A DNA stretch of 64,000 nucleotides from the human T2T-CHM13v2.0 reference genome, Homo sapiens, in assembly GCF_009914755.1 (NCBI RefSeq), contig NC_060933.1; one strand, 5' to 3'. This document shows, in pieces, positions 25,700 through 37,614 of the stretch. A model generated the notes under the pieces. The model searched no databases, had not been told where the DNA came from, and was given only the letters and a program-made list of their open reading frames with translations. Made by a program: the position numbers and the translations under genes. Positions within the stretch are counted from its first letter, which is position 1; each line of letters begins with the position of its first letter.

Positions 25700-27780
25700 T
25701 GGGCCTATCATGGCCTGATTACTTACTTCATAATTGCTTGATTTCTTTCCTTCTCCCCTTCATCACAACATAGCTTTATCTCTCTGAAATCCCTGCTCTG
25801 ACTAAAACCTCTTAAAATTCTCTCATCCAGTATTTTCCACTAAAGAGTCTTACTTTTCTCAGAAACTCCATTTGTTCCTAGGCTAAAAGCCTACCAATTT
25901 TTTATTTCTTTTAAAATCTCAACTACTCGGCTATCTTGGTGACACTTACTGGCATACTTAACTCATTTTTCCTTTATTCTTTGCTCTAGCTTTGCTGACA
26001 ATGTGTGAACAAATGAGCCCAAACACTTGGTTTTTTCTGTACTTCCCCTCCTGAACTTTCTGGTCATCCTGAAAAAATTAAATAGTAGTCTGTTAATTTG
26101 TATTATAAATCTATGATCTGCCCCCTTCTTCTAGGTCTGTAACACTGTTCAGTATCCATTTACTTTCTCTGAAACAGCTGTTACAAGCCATCATCACTCT
26201 TCTCAGTGCTTCTACTCAGACTCTGCAACTCCCACCTTTAGCAAACCTGCCTTCTTCACAGCAAACAACTTGAAACCATCGGATGGAAACTCCCAAACTC
26301 TCATCCTTCCCACTTTTCAACTTACCTGCATTTGTATCTATTGTTAATTATCCTCCTACTGTCATGAAGGAGTAGAGTCTCCGAGCATTTCAAGGTTAAT
26401 GTCACTCCTGTTCCTCTCATTTGAGAGCACACTCCTTGATTCTACCCGTTTGTGTCTTTAAGCTCCTCTCTCTTAGCTCTTTCTCTTCCACAACGAACAT
26501 GTTGAACACTCCCTACATCTTCTCTAAATTAACCTCCTTCCCTGAAGGAACTAATTGTTTTATCTTTCCTGTGCTGACTGCTTTGAACATTTGTTACCAG
26601 CAGAAACCACTTTCTTCCCATTCACTCCTCACACTAATTCACATTGTCTCCCTGTAATCTATTGCAGCACTGCAGCAGCTCCTCCCAAACTCATCAGTGT
26701 ACAAAAAGTCTGGTGGGCATCATCAATCCTCATCCTATTTGACTTCTATAAGGCATTTGGCCAGTCCCTCTTTGTTCAGACACTCCTAACCTACTTCTCA
26801 TTTGACCCTATCTTACTGACTTTGTTTTCCTTCTCTTTTTATGTTTTCCCCCTTTTTATGCTTTCCTCTTATTGAAAATTCATTCTTCTTCTCATTATAC
26901 ACTTCCTGAAAAATCTGCTCTGCTCTGAAATCTGCATGTAAAATCCAATTTCTACATCTAATAAAGATTACTCCTCTAAGATGCAGGTCCATAGCTTTTA
27001 TTGCTTATTAAATATTAGAAATCAGCATTTTAAACTCAACTTGTTATAAAATGAACTGCCATTTCCTCTCATTTATCTCTTTCTCCAGTCCAACTAACTT
27101 GCTTAATTATGTAAATTGCATGAACTCAAATTAATTTTTAAATTTTTCTACTTCCTTTTCTTTCCAAACCTCATCAGTAACAAATCTTAGTGTTTCAACA
27201 TCATCAGAACATATAATATCTTCTCTGAACTACCGAAGCATCTAATTTGAGTTGGTTTTTCCCATTCCAAATCATCTTTCACATTGTAGCTGAAGTTATT
27301 TTCTTCAAAAATACAAATTGCATTGTGTCATCCCCCTACTAAAGTACTACTAATGCCAAACCAATCACTGCACAATTAAGTCCACACTTAATTTGACATA
27401 TATAAAGTCTTGTTTCATGTATCCAAGCACTTCATTTTTTTATATAGTCCTTTTCAAGCTTTGCCATAGATTCACTCTACGTTTTAGCCACAAAAATGTC
27501 TAATGTTCTGGTACATGCAGACATTCAGAGATGTTTCTGAACTGTTTGTGCATAATTTGCTTAGTTTGCTCTTCTCTTCCTTTCAAGGTTCATGCCAAAG
27601 GCCCTTTCTGTAAAGCTTTTCTAACCTCCTTTGCACAACACTGTATTACAATCATCTGTTTACTGGACTGTGCCACCAATCTGAATTCCTTGATTAAAAT
27701 TCATATTTAGATATCTCTACCATGTCTCTTTCCCCCAGTTCTCCCACACGGAATTCATATGTGTAAAAAATTTCTGTCAC
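25700..27780 (+). mobile_element. Long L2 LINE remnant (RT region to 3' end)
   Basis: Pyrimidine-rich L2-like composition; ORF 26555-26875 contains ILILFDFYKAFG..SLFVQTL, a decayed version of the L2/CR1 RT motif LILLDLSAAFDTVDHSLLLETL; boundaries approximate. Confidence 0.7.
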
Positions 27781-28251
27781 TGATGAGGAGATGTTTTTTA
27801 ACACTAAATATATTCAGTGCCATAGTTAGAATTCAAGGGAAAAAAGGAAGTAAGAATATTATTTGACCTAATTGATGCTAAATATATTCCACAGCAACCT
27901 AACTCTTAAAGAATAAATTGATATATATTTGTATCATTCCAAATATATTGGCTTCAATGTTAGAAGATTGGAGGAAGAGGAATATGTGTGGTCCCTTCAA
28001 TATAACGCAGTGTACCTTGTCTTGTATTGCTTTTCATGCAAAATAAAATAATAAGCACAGGTTTTTGCAATATAATCTGTCTTCATTTTATGAAGAATGT
28101 GGCTTAGAGGTATTCAGAGTGACACATCACTCTAAATAGTGAATCACTGGAGTGTTGTCTCTCAGGAGGAGGGCTGTCCATTGTCCTCAACTCACATCTG
28201 AATGCTCACAAGATAGACTATTTCCTGTTAAGATGGATGAAGAGACACTTA

Positions 28252-29065
28252 TCAAAAGAAGACATTTATGTGGCCAACAAACATATATAAAAAAAGCTCA
28301 TCATCACTGGATATTAGAGAAATGCAAATCAAAACCACAATGAGATATCTTCTCATGCCAGTTAGAATGGCGATCATTAACTCAATAGATGCTGGTGAGG
28401 CTGTGGAGAAAAGCAATGCTTTTACACTGTTGGTAGGAGTGTAAATTAGTTCAGCCATTGTGGAAGACAGTGTGGCAATTCCTCAAGGATCTAGAACCAG
28501 AAATATCATTTGACCCAGCAATCCCATTACTGGGTATATACCCAAAGGATTATAAATTGTACTGTTATAAAGACACATGCACACATATGTTTATTGCAGC
28601 ACTATCAACAATAGCAAAGACTTGGAACCAACCCAAATGCCCATCAATGATAGACTGGATAAAGAAAATGTGGCACATATACACCATGGAATACTATGCA
28701 GCCATAAAAAAGGATGAGTTCATGTCCTTTGCAGGAACATGGATGAAGCTGGAAACCATCATTCTCAGAAAACTAACACAGGAACAGAAAACCAAACACT
28801 GCATGTTCTCACTCATAAGTGGAAGTTGAACAATGAGAACACATGGAAACAGGGAGGAGAACATCACACACTGGGGTCTGTTGGGGGATGGGGAGAATGG
28901 AGAGGGAGTGAATTAGGACAAATACCCAATGCATGTGGGGCTTAAAACCTAGACAACCAGTTGATAGGTGCAGTACCATGGGACATGTATACCTATGTAA
29001 CAAACCTGCACGTTCAGCACATGTATCCTAGAACTTAAAGTAAAATAAAAAAAAAAAATTAAAAA
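28252..29065 (+). mobile_element. 5'-truncated L1PA (L1PA8-like): ORF2 C-terminus, 3'UTR, poly(A)
   Basis: ORF 28458-28829 is the L1 ORF2p C-terminus (PAIPLLGIYPKDYK...WIKKMWHIYTMEYYAAIKK...MFSLISGS); 3'UTR ttaggacaaatacc...ggggcttaaaacctaga; A tail. Confidence 0.93.
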
Positions 29066-30164
29066 CATGGAGATACAATTTTTTTCACCAAAGTCTAGCT
29101 TTGGGCTCTTGTTAAAATAGCCAAAATTTGTTCATTACCTATGGAACATTTCAATATACATAACTAATGCCTTTCAAAGAACATTGTATTATATACGTAT
29201 GAAAAATGGGAAAATCTTCATGAGGGGAAATAATAAAAACCAAACAGCCCAAACATGTTAAATTTTACATTCTGATATGTTAATAAATGAAATTCTGCAT
29301 AATAGGAGGGTACCAATAAATACAAGATACATTTTCTGCCTTAATTGAGATTATGATCTATTTCAAGAAATGACATAAACATGTAAAAAGTAAAATAAAA
29401 CTTGAAAATTGCCTAAAGGAAATATTGCAAGTTGTTCCACTATTTATAGTCAAACAAAGTGTACAAGAAATAATTGCTACAGATACTCATGGAAGAAAAA
29501 GTATCCCTTCCTTTGGGATACTGAAAACAGGTTTTTTGGGCTATACATTTTGAAATCTTTTGTTTGACCTGAGAAGGACTTTCAACTATATATTTCTGGG
29601 ACTAAATCTGTATAATTATGGAAAAGTTCATTTTATACTGTTTCCTAACAAACGTCAAAGTTGTATTGCTCTTCTCATAACCATACCCAATGTGAATTTG
29701 AAGAGCAAAGCAGTCTAAAAAGTTCAGTCAGTGGCATTTCTTTTTACTAAGTGACTTAAGATAGTCCTGGAGAGGAAGGAAAGGCCTATCTGACAGTGTC
29801 ATTACTGAAGGAATAAATGACATATCAGGCACATCAAAGTTGAATCATGGAATTAAAACAGATTCTGAAACAGGAATGCTAAAAATGGAATATTTATTTC
29901 TCTGTCTTTTGAAGGTCACTGATATCAACCCTCAGGAGGGCACTGGGAATATGCGACAACCTTTGCTGTTGGATGCTATCTTCTCCTCTAGCCAAAAAAT
30001 AATCCCAGTAGTACGGGGCCCAATAGGACTTTGCTGTTTGCCAGCCTTGTGATAAGTCGTTCAACCTATTCTCTGCTATAGAGTCAAAGGCAATTCTGAA
30101 ATGGCTTTGGGTTGAAACAAACAGCAGTGAGCTCTGATATCCACTGGCTGCTTATCACATGATG

Positions 30165-30328
30165 CTGCCTGTGGTTCACCATAGCTGAGTATCTGCTGAG
30201 GAGCTTTTAGGGCTGGCTGGACCCCACCTGAAACAATTACCCCAGAGTCTCTGGTGGCAAACTTGAGCATGATTCTTTTTGAAAGCTATCCAGGTGGTTT
30301 ATGTACACACAGGTTTATTAAACATTGT
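30165..30328. mobile_element. MER5-family (hAT-Charlie) MITE, degenerate
   Basis: ggaccccacc...cagagtctctgg...aagctatccaggtggtttatgtacacacaggttt. Confidence 0.5.
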
Positions 30329-30341
30329 ATCAGATCAAGAT

Positions 30342-30510
30342 CAATGCTTTTCAAACTTTAATGTGCATACCAATGACCCAGAGAGCTTGTTAACATGAAG
30401 ATTCTGACTCAGTAAATGTTAGGTAGGACCTGAGATCCATCACTTCTAATATGCTCTCAGGTGACGTTGCTGTTGCTGGTATAAGTGCTGCATACTGAAT
30501 TGTAATTCTT
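30342..30510 (-). mobile_element. MER5B MITE
   Basis: caatgcttttcaaactttaatgtgcatac...gattctgactcagta...cttctaatatgctctcaggtga. Confidence 0.8.
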
Positions 30511-30526
30511 TATAGCATTATTTGGC

Positions 30527-30673
30527 ACAGCTATTTTCAATATTCTATATATTAAGCTCCACCTTTAAGAGATTCTGATTCTATGAATTGTCTTCTAAAA
30601 AATCTATTAATTAAAATTATCAGATGATACCAGCTTTGTTGTACAATGTGGCTATACATATTAGAAACTACTG
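30527..30673. mobile_element. MER5-like remnant
   Basis: agagattctgattct...ttagaaactactg terminus. Confidence 0.35.
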
Positions 30674-31324
30674 CTTCAAGATATCCCAGGAAAATTCTAT
30701 ATTCCTTGAAAGGCCCAACCTATCCCTTAGTGGGGTACCTTCTCTTGGTAAATGACATGCTCTTTGTTATGGATTACAAAAGAGTGACAGAAGCTGGGCC
30801 AATATAAGAATGGAATTGGTGAACTCGTCAGTGCTAGTTTCTCCTACAGTATTCTAGACATCACTCCTATTATCAAAGTAGCCCTGTTGGTTCAGTGGAT
30901 TAGATAGAAAGTGCAGTCCTCTTTCCTCACAGAACACCTCTATACCTCATATCCTAGAGATCAGCCACTCTTAAGATGTTTGCATTTTTTCATAGGAAAC
31001 ATAAAGTATGGAAATAGGTATGTTGCAATTGGTCATAAAAAGAAAAGAATCCTCCTAAAAAAACTGACTTTGGGGCTACATTGTTCTTGAAGAGGTTATT
31101 AAATAAGACAAAAGAATTAGCTTAAAAGAAAGTTTCAGATGCAAAAAGAAAAAAAAATTAACAAGATGAGCTATTCTTTTTTTTCCCAGTGACAATGCAT
31201 ATACTCTATTTGCTTCTTCTGTGTTTATTATGGGCATATATGTAAATATGTACACAATAATACAAACATACCATATAAAGAAGATAAATTAAGGCTAACT
31301 TCACCCCTTTAAGTAAGCACTGAC

Positions 31325-31412
31325 CTCAGAGTCAGAGATTAGATCTAGTTCTAGCTCAGTGACACTGGGCCTCAACTTTCCATTTGTAAAATGAAGGAGT
31401 TAGACTGCATAA
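31325..31412 (+). mobile_element. MIR/MIR3 fragment
   Basis: gttctagctc...gggcctcaactttccatttgtaaaatgaaggagttagac. Confidence 0.6.
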
Positions 31413-32049
31413 TAATATAAACCACTGTTTCTTGAGTTCTTATTATGGGCCAACCATTGAGTAACATGTTTGGCAAATAATTAGTCCTGTTTACACCCCC
31501 ATGAGACACACTATGTTGTACCTGCTTTTGCGGATAAGGAAGGGGAAGACTCAGATGAATTACTTTTATTGCCCAAGGGAAATATTGATCAATTAGATTT
31601 AGTTCCTGTCCCAGAGAAGCTCTCCATAGGTCACTCATTCAGCAACCTGCATTAAAAAGTTGCATTTACCCAACTTGAAGTTATAATTGCAAGACAAACC
31701 TCTGAACTGTACAGCTAATGCACTTGCCATAGACCTCTCATTCCCTTGGGGTAAACCAAGACTGACCTTCTGGATGGAGCTTTCAGATAACTCCATCACG
31801 GATGATAACCTACCTAAATAGGAAAGGGAACATGAAAGAGATAGGAGCTAGTCAACTCAGAATAACTGTATCCACCTCAGATCAATATCAGCAAACAGCT
31901 GATGTGGGTTGGGAAAATTAAGGATGAAAGATGTTTGGGAGGGAAAAGCCCACAAAGAGAAAGTATGCATGTTGTTGTGCCTTCCTCTAACCCAAATTTT
32001 TAAAAGAGCAATTGGTTCATAAGTTTGGGGGTCATCCAAATCCAGAAAT

Positions 32050-34020
32050 ATAACCTTTGAAGAGTCACAAATCTTTCAGAGCTCAAATACTACAAGAAAG
32101 AAACATTAGATCAATGTAAGAATTCAAAGGTTTTGTAGATAAATAGAAATGGGTTCCAAAGACAATTCACCTTACAGTATTTTGGTCAAAAAACAGCTTG
32201 AATGCACCTATCATCATTTGAAGATAAACAGAAAAAAAGAAGACAAAAATCTGAAATAAAAATACAAGAAGAAAATAAATCTACACCTGAAAAAAAATTC
32301 AGAGCGTATTTTTTAATGATGATCTATTCCATGAGGCAAACTTTTTATACAGCAACTATTTTACTTGCTCAAGGAAATAAAGGCCAATATGAACTCAATC
32401 AAAAAAATTTATCACACGTATTACCTATATGTATGCGTATTTTTCTATTTCAAACAGATACAGAAAGATAAATAGAGATAAAAAGGGCTTATTAGAGTTA
32501 ATAAGAAAACAAGCAATCCTAATTTAAATATTAGAAATAAAATATGTAATTAATATTGAAAAAAAATCAGTGGACATTGAGTAAACTATGCTGAAAACCA
32601 GGGAGGAATGCAAAATGATTAAACACAGATAGGATTGAAGGTATTCAACACAATATAAAGGCAATGAATGAACAACGTATCACCGTTCTTATTCACGAAT
32701 AAAAGAGAACTATCAATATACAACAGGGGGAATAATCCTCAAAGATGATAGGTTATCTCAAAGATAAACAAAATCTCAATCCATGGAATAAAAAGAAAAA
32801 AAAAAAAAGAAAATGGCCTGTGACAACATCAAGACATGAAAATAATAACCACTGGTTTGCAAAGATAAGGAAAAGAAACAAAAGAAGATATAAAGGAACA
32901 GCAAATATGTCTGTTAAAACAATAAATGTAAATAAAGTCACCTATGAAAAGAAAAAAGCTCTTTAGTTTCAAACAAATAACAAAATTAAAAACACACATT
33001 AAAATAAAGGAAACTTAAAAATTAACATTGAAAAAAATCCTAAATTAATGCTAAAGAAATACAAAATGTGCGTGTATGTGTGTGTGCATGTATATGAGCT
33101 ATTTCATTGATGTCAAAACCAAGGTTATAAGCACTGAAAGGGTTAAAGAGTTGGATTTTTGTTTGTTGTTTTGGAAAGGTTAAATCCAATGTAATATATC
33201 AAATAATAAAACATGTGCCAAAATATTTATATACAAGAATACACAACTTTATTTCATTCTAGTTTCATATGTTACATGTGACACTAGCATTTTCTAAGCT
33301 AAATATTGACTATATTAGACAATAAGCAATCATTTTGAGCCCTCATAATGTGGTACTGCTTATCAGTCAAATGGTGTGTTATAACAGTGTTCCTTTTTCA
33401 TTTATTTGCTTTTTAAGAGCTCTATGTGTGAGTCAATTTGAATATCTCATTATTTCGTCCTTATTTCTTTATGAACATGAGTGGAAAATGGGAACATGAA
33501 AGTGTTAATGTTAGTGTTAATATAATCAAGAGGAAGATCACCTGCTGAAGTGGGGCTACAAGGAAAATAATAAGTTGCAACAAGTAGACAGAGTGTAATT
33601 CACATTTTCTGACCACAATGGGATAAATCTAAATTTAATAATGAAACCTCAGCAGAGAGCTCCTTGGATTTAAGCAGGTAAACTGTGTATATAAATATGA
33701 AGAAAAAAATAAAATTAAATAACATTTATTAACTAATGGCAACAGACTACTGAATATTGCCTGTAAATGGCAAGGTGTAGTATAGATAATCTGGAACAAT
33801 CTTTAAATTTGCAGATTGAAACCTTAGGTGATTTTTATAAAAAACAGCACTAACAGGTCTATAGCAAATAAGCAGACAGCTTGCTACAAAGAACAATATA
33901 AAAAAATAAGTAAGGCTGGTATTCTAGCCTTTCTTGAACATATTTCAAAAGAGTCAAAAGACAATAGATGTAGTGTAATTTACATTTTCTGACCATGATG
34001 ATATACATCTAAATTTGTTA
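32050..34020 (+). mobile_element. Highly degraded L1M ORF1/ORF2-endonuclease remnants
   Basis: Strong A-skew; acattttctgaccacaatgggataaatcta encodes the FSDHNGI end of the L1 endonuclease; boundaries very approximate. Confidence 0.45.
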
Positions 34021-34049
34021 AATGTTGGAACAATAGGAAAGTCATATAT

Positions 34050-34290
34050 TTGTTATATTCCATTTGGTACCTCTCCACCTACTACCCACGCTGATGTATA
34101 CCCTTTTCTCCAACTTACTTTGACCACCATTGGATCTGGGCTCCCCTATTTTCGGTTTTCTGGGTGGCTTTTAGCCACTAAATATATTGATGGGAGATTG
34201 AGGAGGAGAGGAGAGTGAGCATTTTGACATCCCAGTTTCTTCCAGAGTTGAACCATTTGGTTGGAACTCTGTTTCCTGCTAGACCCCTGA
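34050..34290 (+). mobile_element. LTR33-like ERVL LTR fragment
   Basis: gggctcccc...ttctgggtggcttttagcca...gggagattgaggaggagaggagagtgag. Confidence 0.45.
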
Positions 34291-34492
34291 CTAATGCATG
34301 CAAATATAAGAATGTTTTTAAATCACACACACACTAACATAGATATAAAATACACTTAATTCTAAAACTATAAACTGTTAAAATATATTAAAATTAGACT
34401 CTTAACCTTAGTTTTGACAGAGGCCCCAAACTATTCCAAAGAATAGGCAGCTGGGAATAGCGTTAAAGTACCTGTCTATGGGGAACTTGTGA

Positions 34493-34812
<320 letters not shown>

Positions 34813-35819
34813 AAATTAGCTAAAAAATACTTTTGTCACCACTGGTCTTTCATCCGTCTTTAGATAGATAAAACAGTCAACTGGGTACTGACTCTGGCTG
34901 TGGAATCTAAAGGGTCACAAAGAAAGGTGGGATGAAATGTTTTGAAACATAGAGTGGGAAGGCTGTAGTTTGGAAGAAATCTGCTCCTTCACTAATTAAA
35001 CATTAGAAGCATGGGTTTCCCGTGGACCAGATGTGGACCAAGAGAGAAGGAGAAACATAGATAGAGAGAGATTGGTTTGGCAGGGTGAGGTGGTAGGTGC
35101 AGAGTAAGAGGCAGACAGATACAGAGGCAGAGATAAAGAATGCTGTCTTGAAGTTCTCTCAACGAGATTATGCTCAATAGGGTACCATAGAAGGGCCATG
35201 GGATCTCAACAGAGAGGATCAGTAAAGAGGTAAACTACTAAGAACCAAGGAAACTGCTGAGGTACTACTAAGATGGAAATTAAAAGTGGTCAGAAGGACA
35301 GCATCTCACTTATAACAGAGAACTGGGATTGAGGTCCAGTTTTAAAGAAGTGTAGTTCAGGAAACCTTTTCTCTACCTTACCTCTACTCTCACTTTTTGC
35401 AACCTATTTCACCTGGGAAAGAAACTGCCTCTGGCACAGGAAAGAAGGAAGAAGAAAACCACAACCCCCTCCCCTTCACTGTGCCCTAGAGAAAGACAGA
35501 AGATGATATGGAAATACAAACTGGTAAATTATTTTTAAAAGGTAAATAAATCCAAAATTTAAATTTTTAGAAGAGCAATCAAAAGTTAAATTATTATTCA
35601 CAAAAAAATCAAGAAAATGAGAAAATTGCAAATGAAAAAAAAGAAAAGGAAAGGAATAAAACCACAGATAAGAAGTAAATGAATAAATCATATAAAAAGA
35701 ATGTTCTCTAGAGAAATGTAAGCTATCAAAATTGAGGTAAGGAGATGCAAAAAAATAAAAGCATATCCATAAAATAAACTGTAAAAGTTGTCAAAAATTA
35801 TTTCGGACTGAACTGTCAG

Positions 35820-37560
35820 CTCTGCCTCTTACTTATAATGGACGGAAAAAAACATACTGCTAATATCGCTCTCCCCTAAACCCACCACCCAGAAACATCA
35901 CTGAATGACATTAAAGATATTTTTAAAAATATAAACCTCATAAGGAATGGGGCAAAAAGAGAGCAAACAAAGGGAAAATGTTGGGAACTCAAAGAAGAAT
36001 TGTTGAATGGTAAATATCCTTACAGAAAAATATTCAAATATATAATATAAATCATTCCAAAGACTCAGCAATCAACAGTGCCAAGAACGTCTGGACCTGG
36101 ACGCTGAGAAACCTAAGAAGGTGCTATAACCCAGGGAGGATGGCGTGAGAAGAAGGCAGATCTCTCAACATCTTCCAACTCCAACACATTAGAAAAATAT
36201 ACTTCCTTCCAAAATAAGTTATTCTTTAAAGTTTGTTCTCTGGAGATGTTCTCTAGACTGGGGGACTGGCAGGAATAGTGTGGAATATTGAGAGAGGAAT
36301 TAAGTATCTCTTTGAATATTCAGAGTTGAATCTTGATCTCTCTTGCCCTCTTCTGACACCTGCCATCCTGAAACATGGCAAGCAGACTAGTATCATGCTG
36401 GATATTGAAATAAACTTCTTAAAGAATTATCAGCAGCCCAAGAAGAAAGACCAGAAAAAAATGATTTTATAGCTCTTCCAACTAACAAATAATTCATTCA
36501 ACAGTGCAGCTCAAAGTTAACAAGGTTTATACATGTACTCAGAACCTAAGTTTTTGTAAGTTAATCATGAACATAAAATTAAGATATTCCATACATCTGA
36601 GAAAATTTTCTTACATGAAAGATAGAAACCAGAACAGAAACAGAGGAAAAAAATCTCAGGGGAACTAAAACTTAAAAAGAGGGAGAGGAAGTTTTCACAA
36701 CAAACAAACAAACAAAATACATCATTAAATATTGGCAGAGATAAGATCCATGAATCATTCATCAAATGTCAAGAAACATTCCAAGAACAAGTAACAAAAA
36801 GTGCTCTTTGTATGTTAAAAATCACAATATCCTAAATGAAAACTTAAAAAAAACAGAGTCTCAAAGATAAAGCTGAAGAAATCCCTGAAAAAGCAGGAGA
36901 AAAGAAGATAAACAGAAGGAAATCAGGAGGAAAAAAAATATTAAAATCCTACTCTCCATTATACTCAATATTCCTAAAGAAATTCCAAAAAGAAAGAATA
37001 AATAGAATAAAAGAGTTCACACAATTCAAAAAAATCAATTATATTAATTGCCAAATTCAAAGAGATGACTAGGGGTCCAAAAAGCATGAAAATAAACTCT
37101 CACAAAAGTATACTTTTGTGAAATTTTAGAGCATTTATATAGAATAATATTCCATAAATATCCATAATGAAGGGAAACAGGGTCACATACAAAAATCAGA
37201 AATCAAAATGGAATTGGATTTCTCAATAGCAACAGTAGATGTAGAGATACAAAATCTAAAATAAAAATAATTTTAACTTGGATTTCTAACAATTAAATGT
37301 GAAGATAAGAAAAAAAGAGATTTTCAGACATATTCTCAAAAATGTATCTGCCATCTACTCTTTCACAGGAAACATATTAGTATAAATCAAGAAACAGGGC
37401 AATAAAGGGAATAGCCAGTGATCCAGCATAAGTGAGATAAGAAAATCCCAAGGATGACTAGGAAAAGAGAGACTAGGATAAGAGGCGTGTACAGACACAA
37501 AACAGCAAGCAATCCAGATGCAGGAATGTGATCATGAGACTTATCTGTTTAGGGCTGTCA
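35820..37560 (+). mobile_element. HAL1 (half-L1)-like element
   Basis: 5' part cactgaatgacattaaagatatttttaaaaatataaacctcataagg; ORF1-like end aatcaaaatggaattggatttctcaatagcaaca...ttttcagacat followed by HAL1-like 3' tail aatcaagaaacaggg...cccaaggatgac. Confidence 0.6.
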
Positions 37561-37614
37561 TTGATAAAATCCTCACTGCTCTCTGGGACGAGAGTTGGGC
37601 AAAGAGTTAGGCTT

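Noticed and set aside
28458-28829. 123-aa ORF with strong protein-like sequence
   Set aside because: It is the C-terminus of L1 ORF2p in a 5'-truncated L1PA, with a GTG start and no promoter; not a host gene
30880-30925. tRNA-like start gccctgttggttcagtggattaga
   Set aside because: Only an A-box-like segment; no T-arm/B-box or cloverleaf could be built
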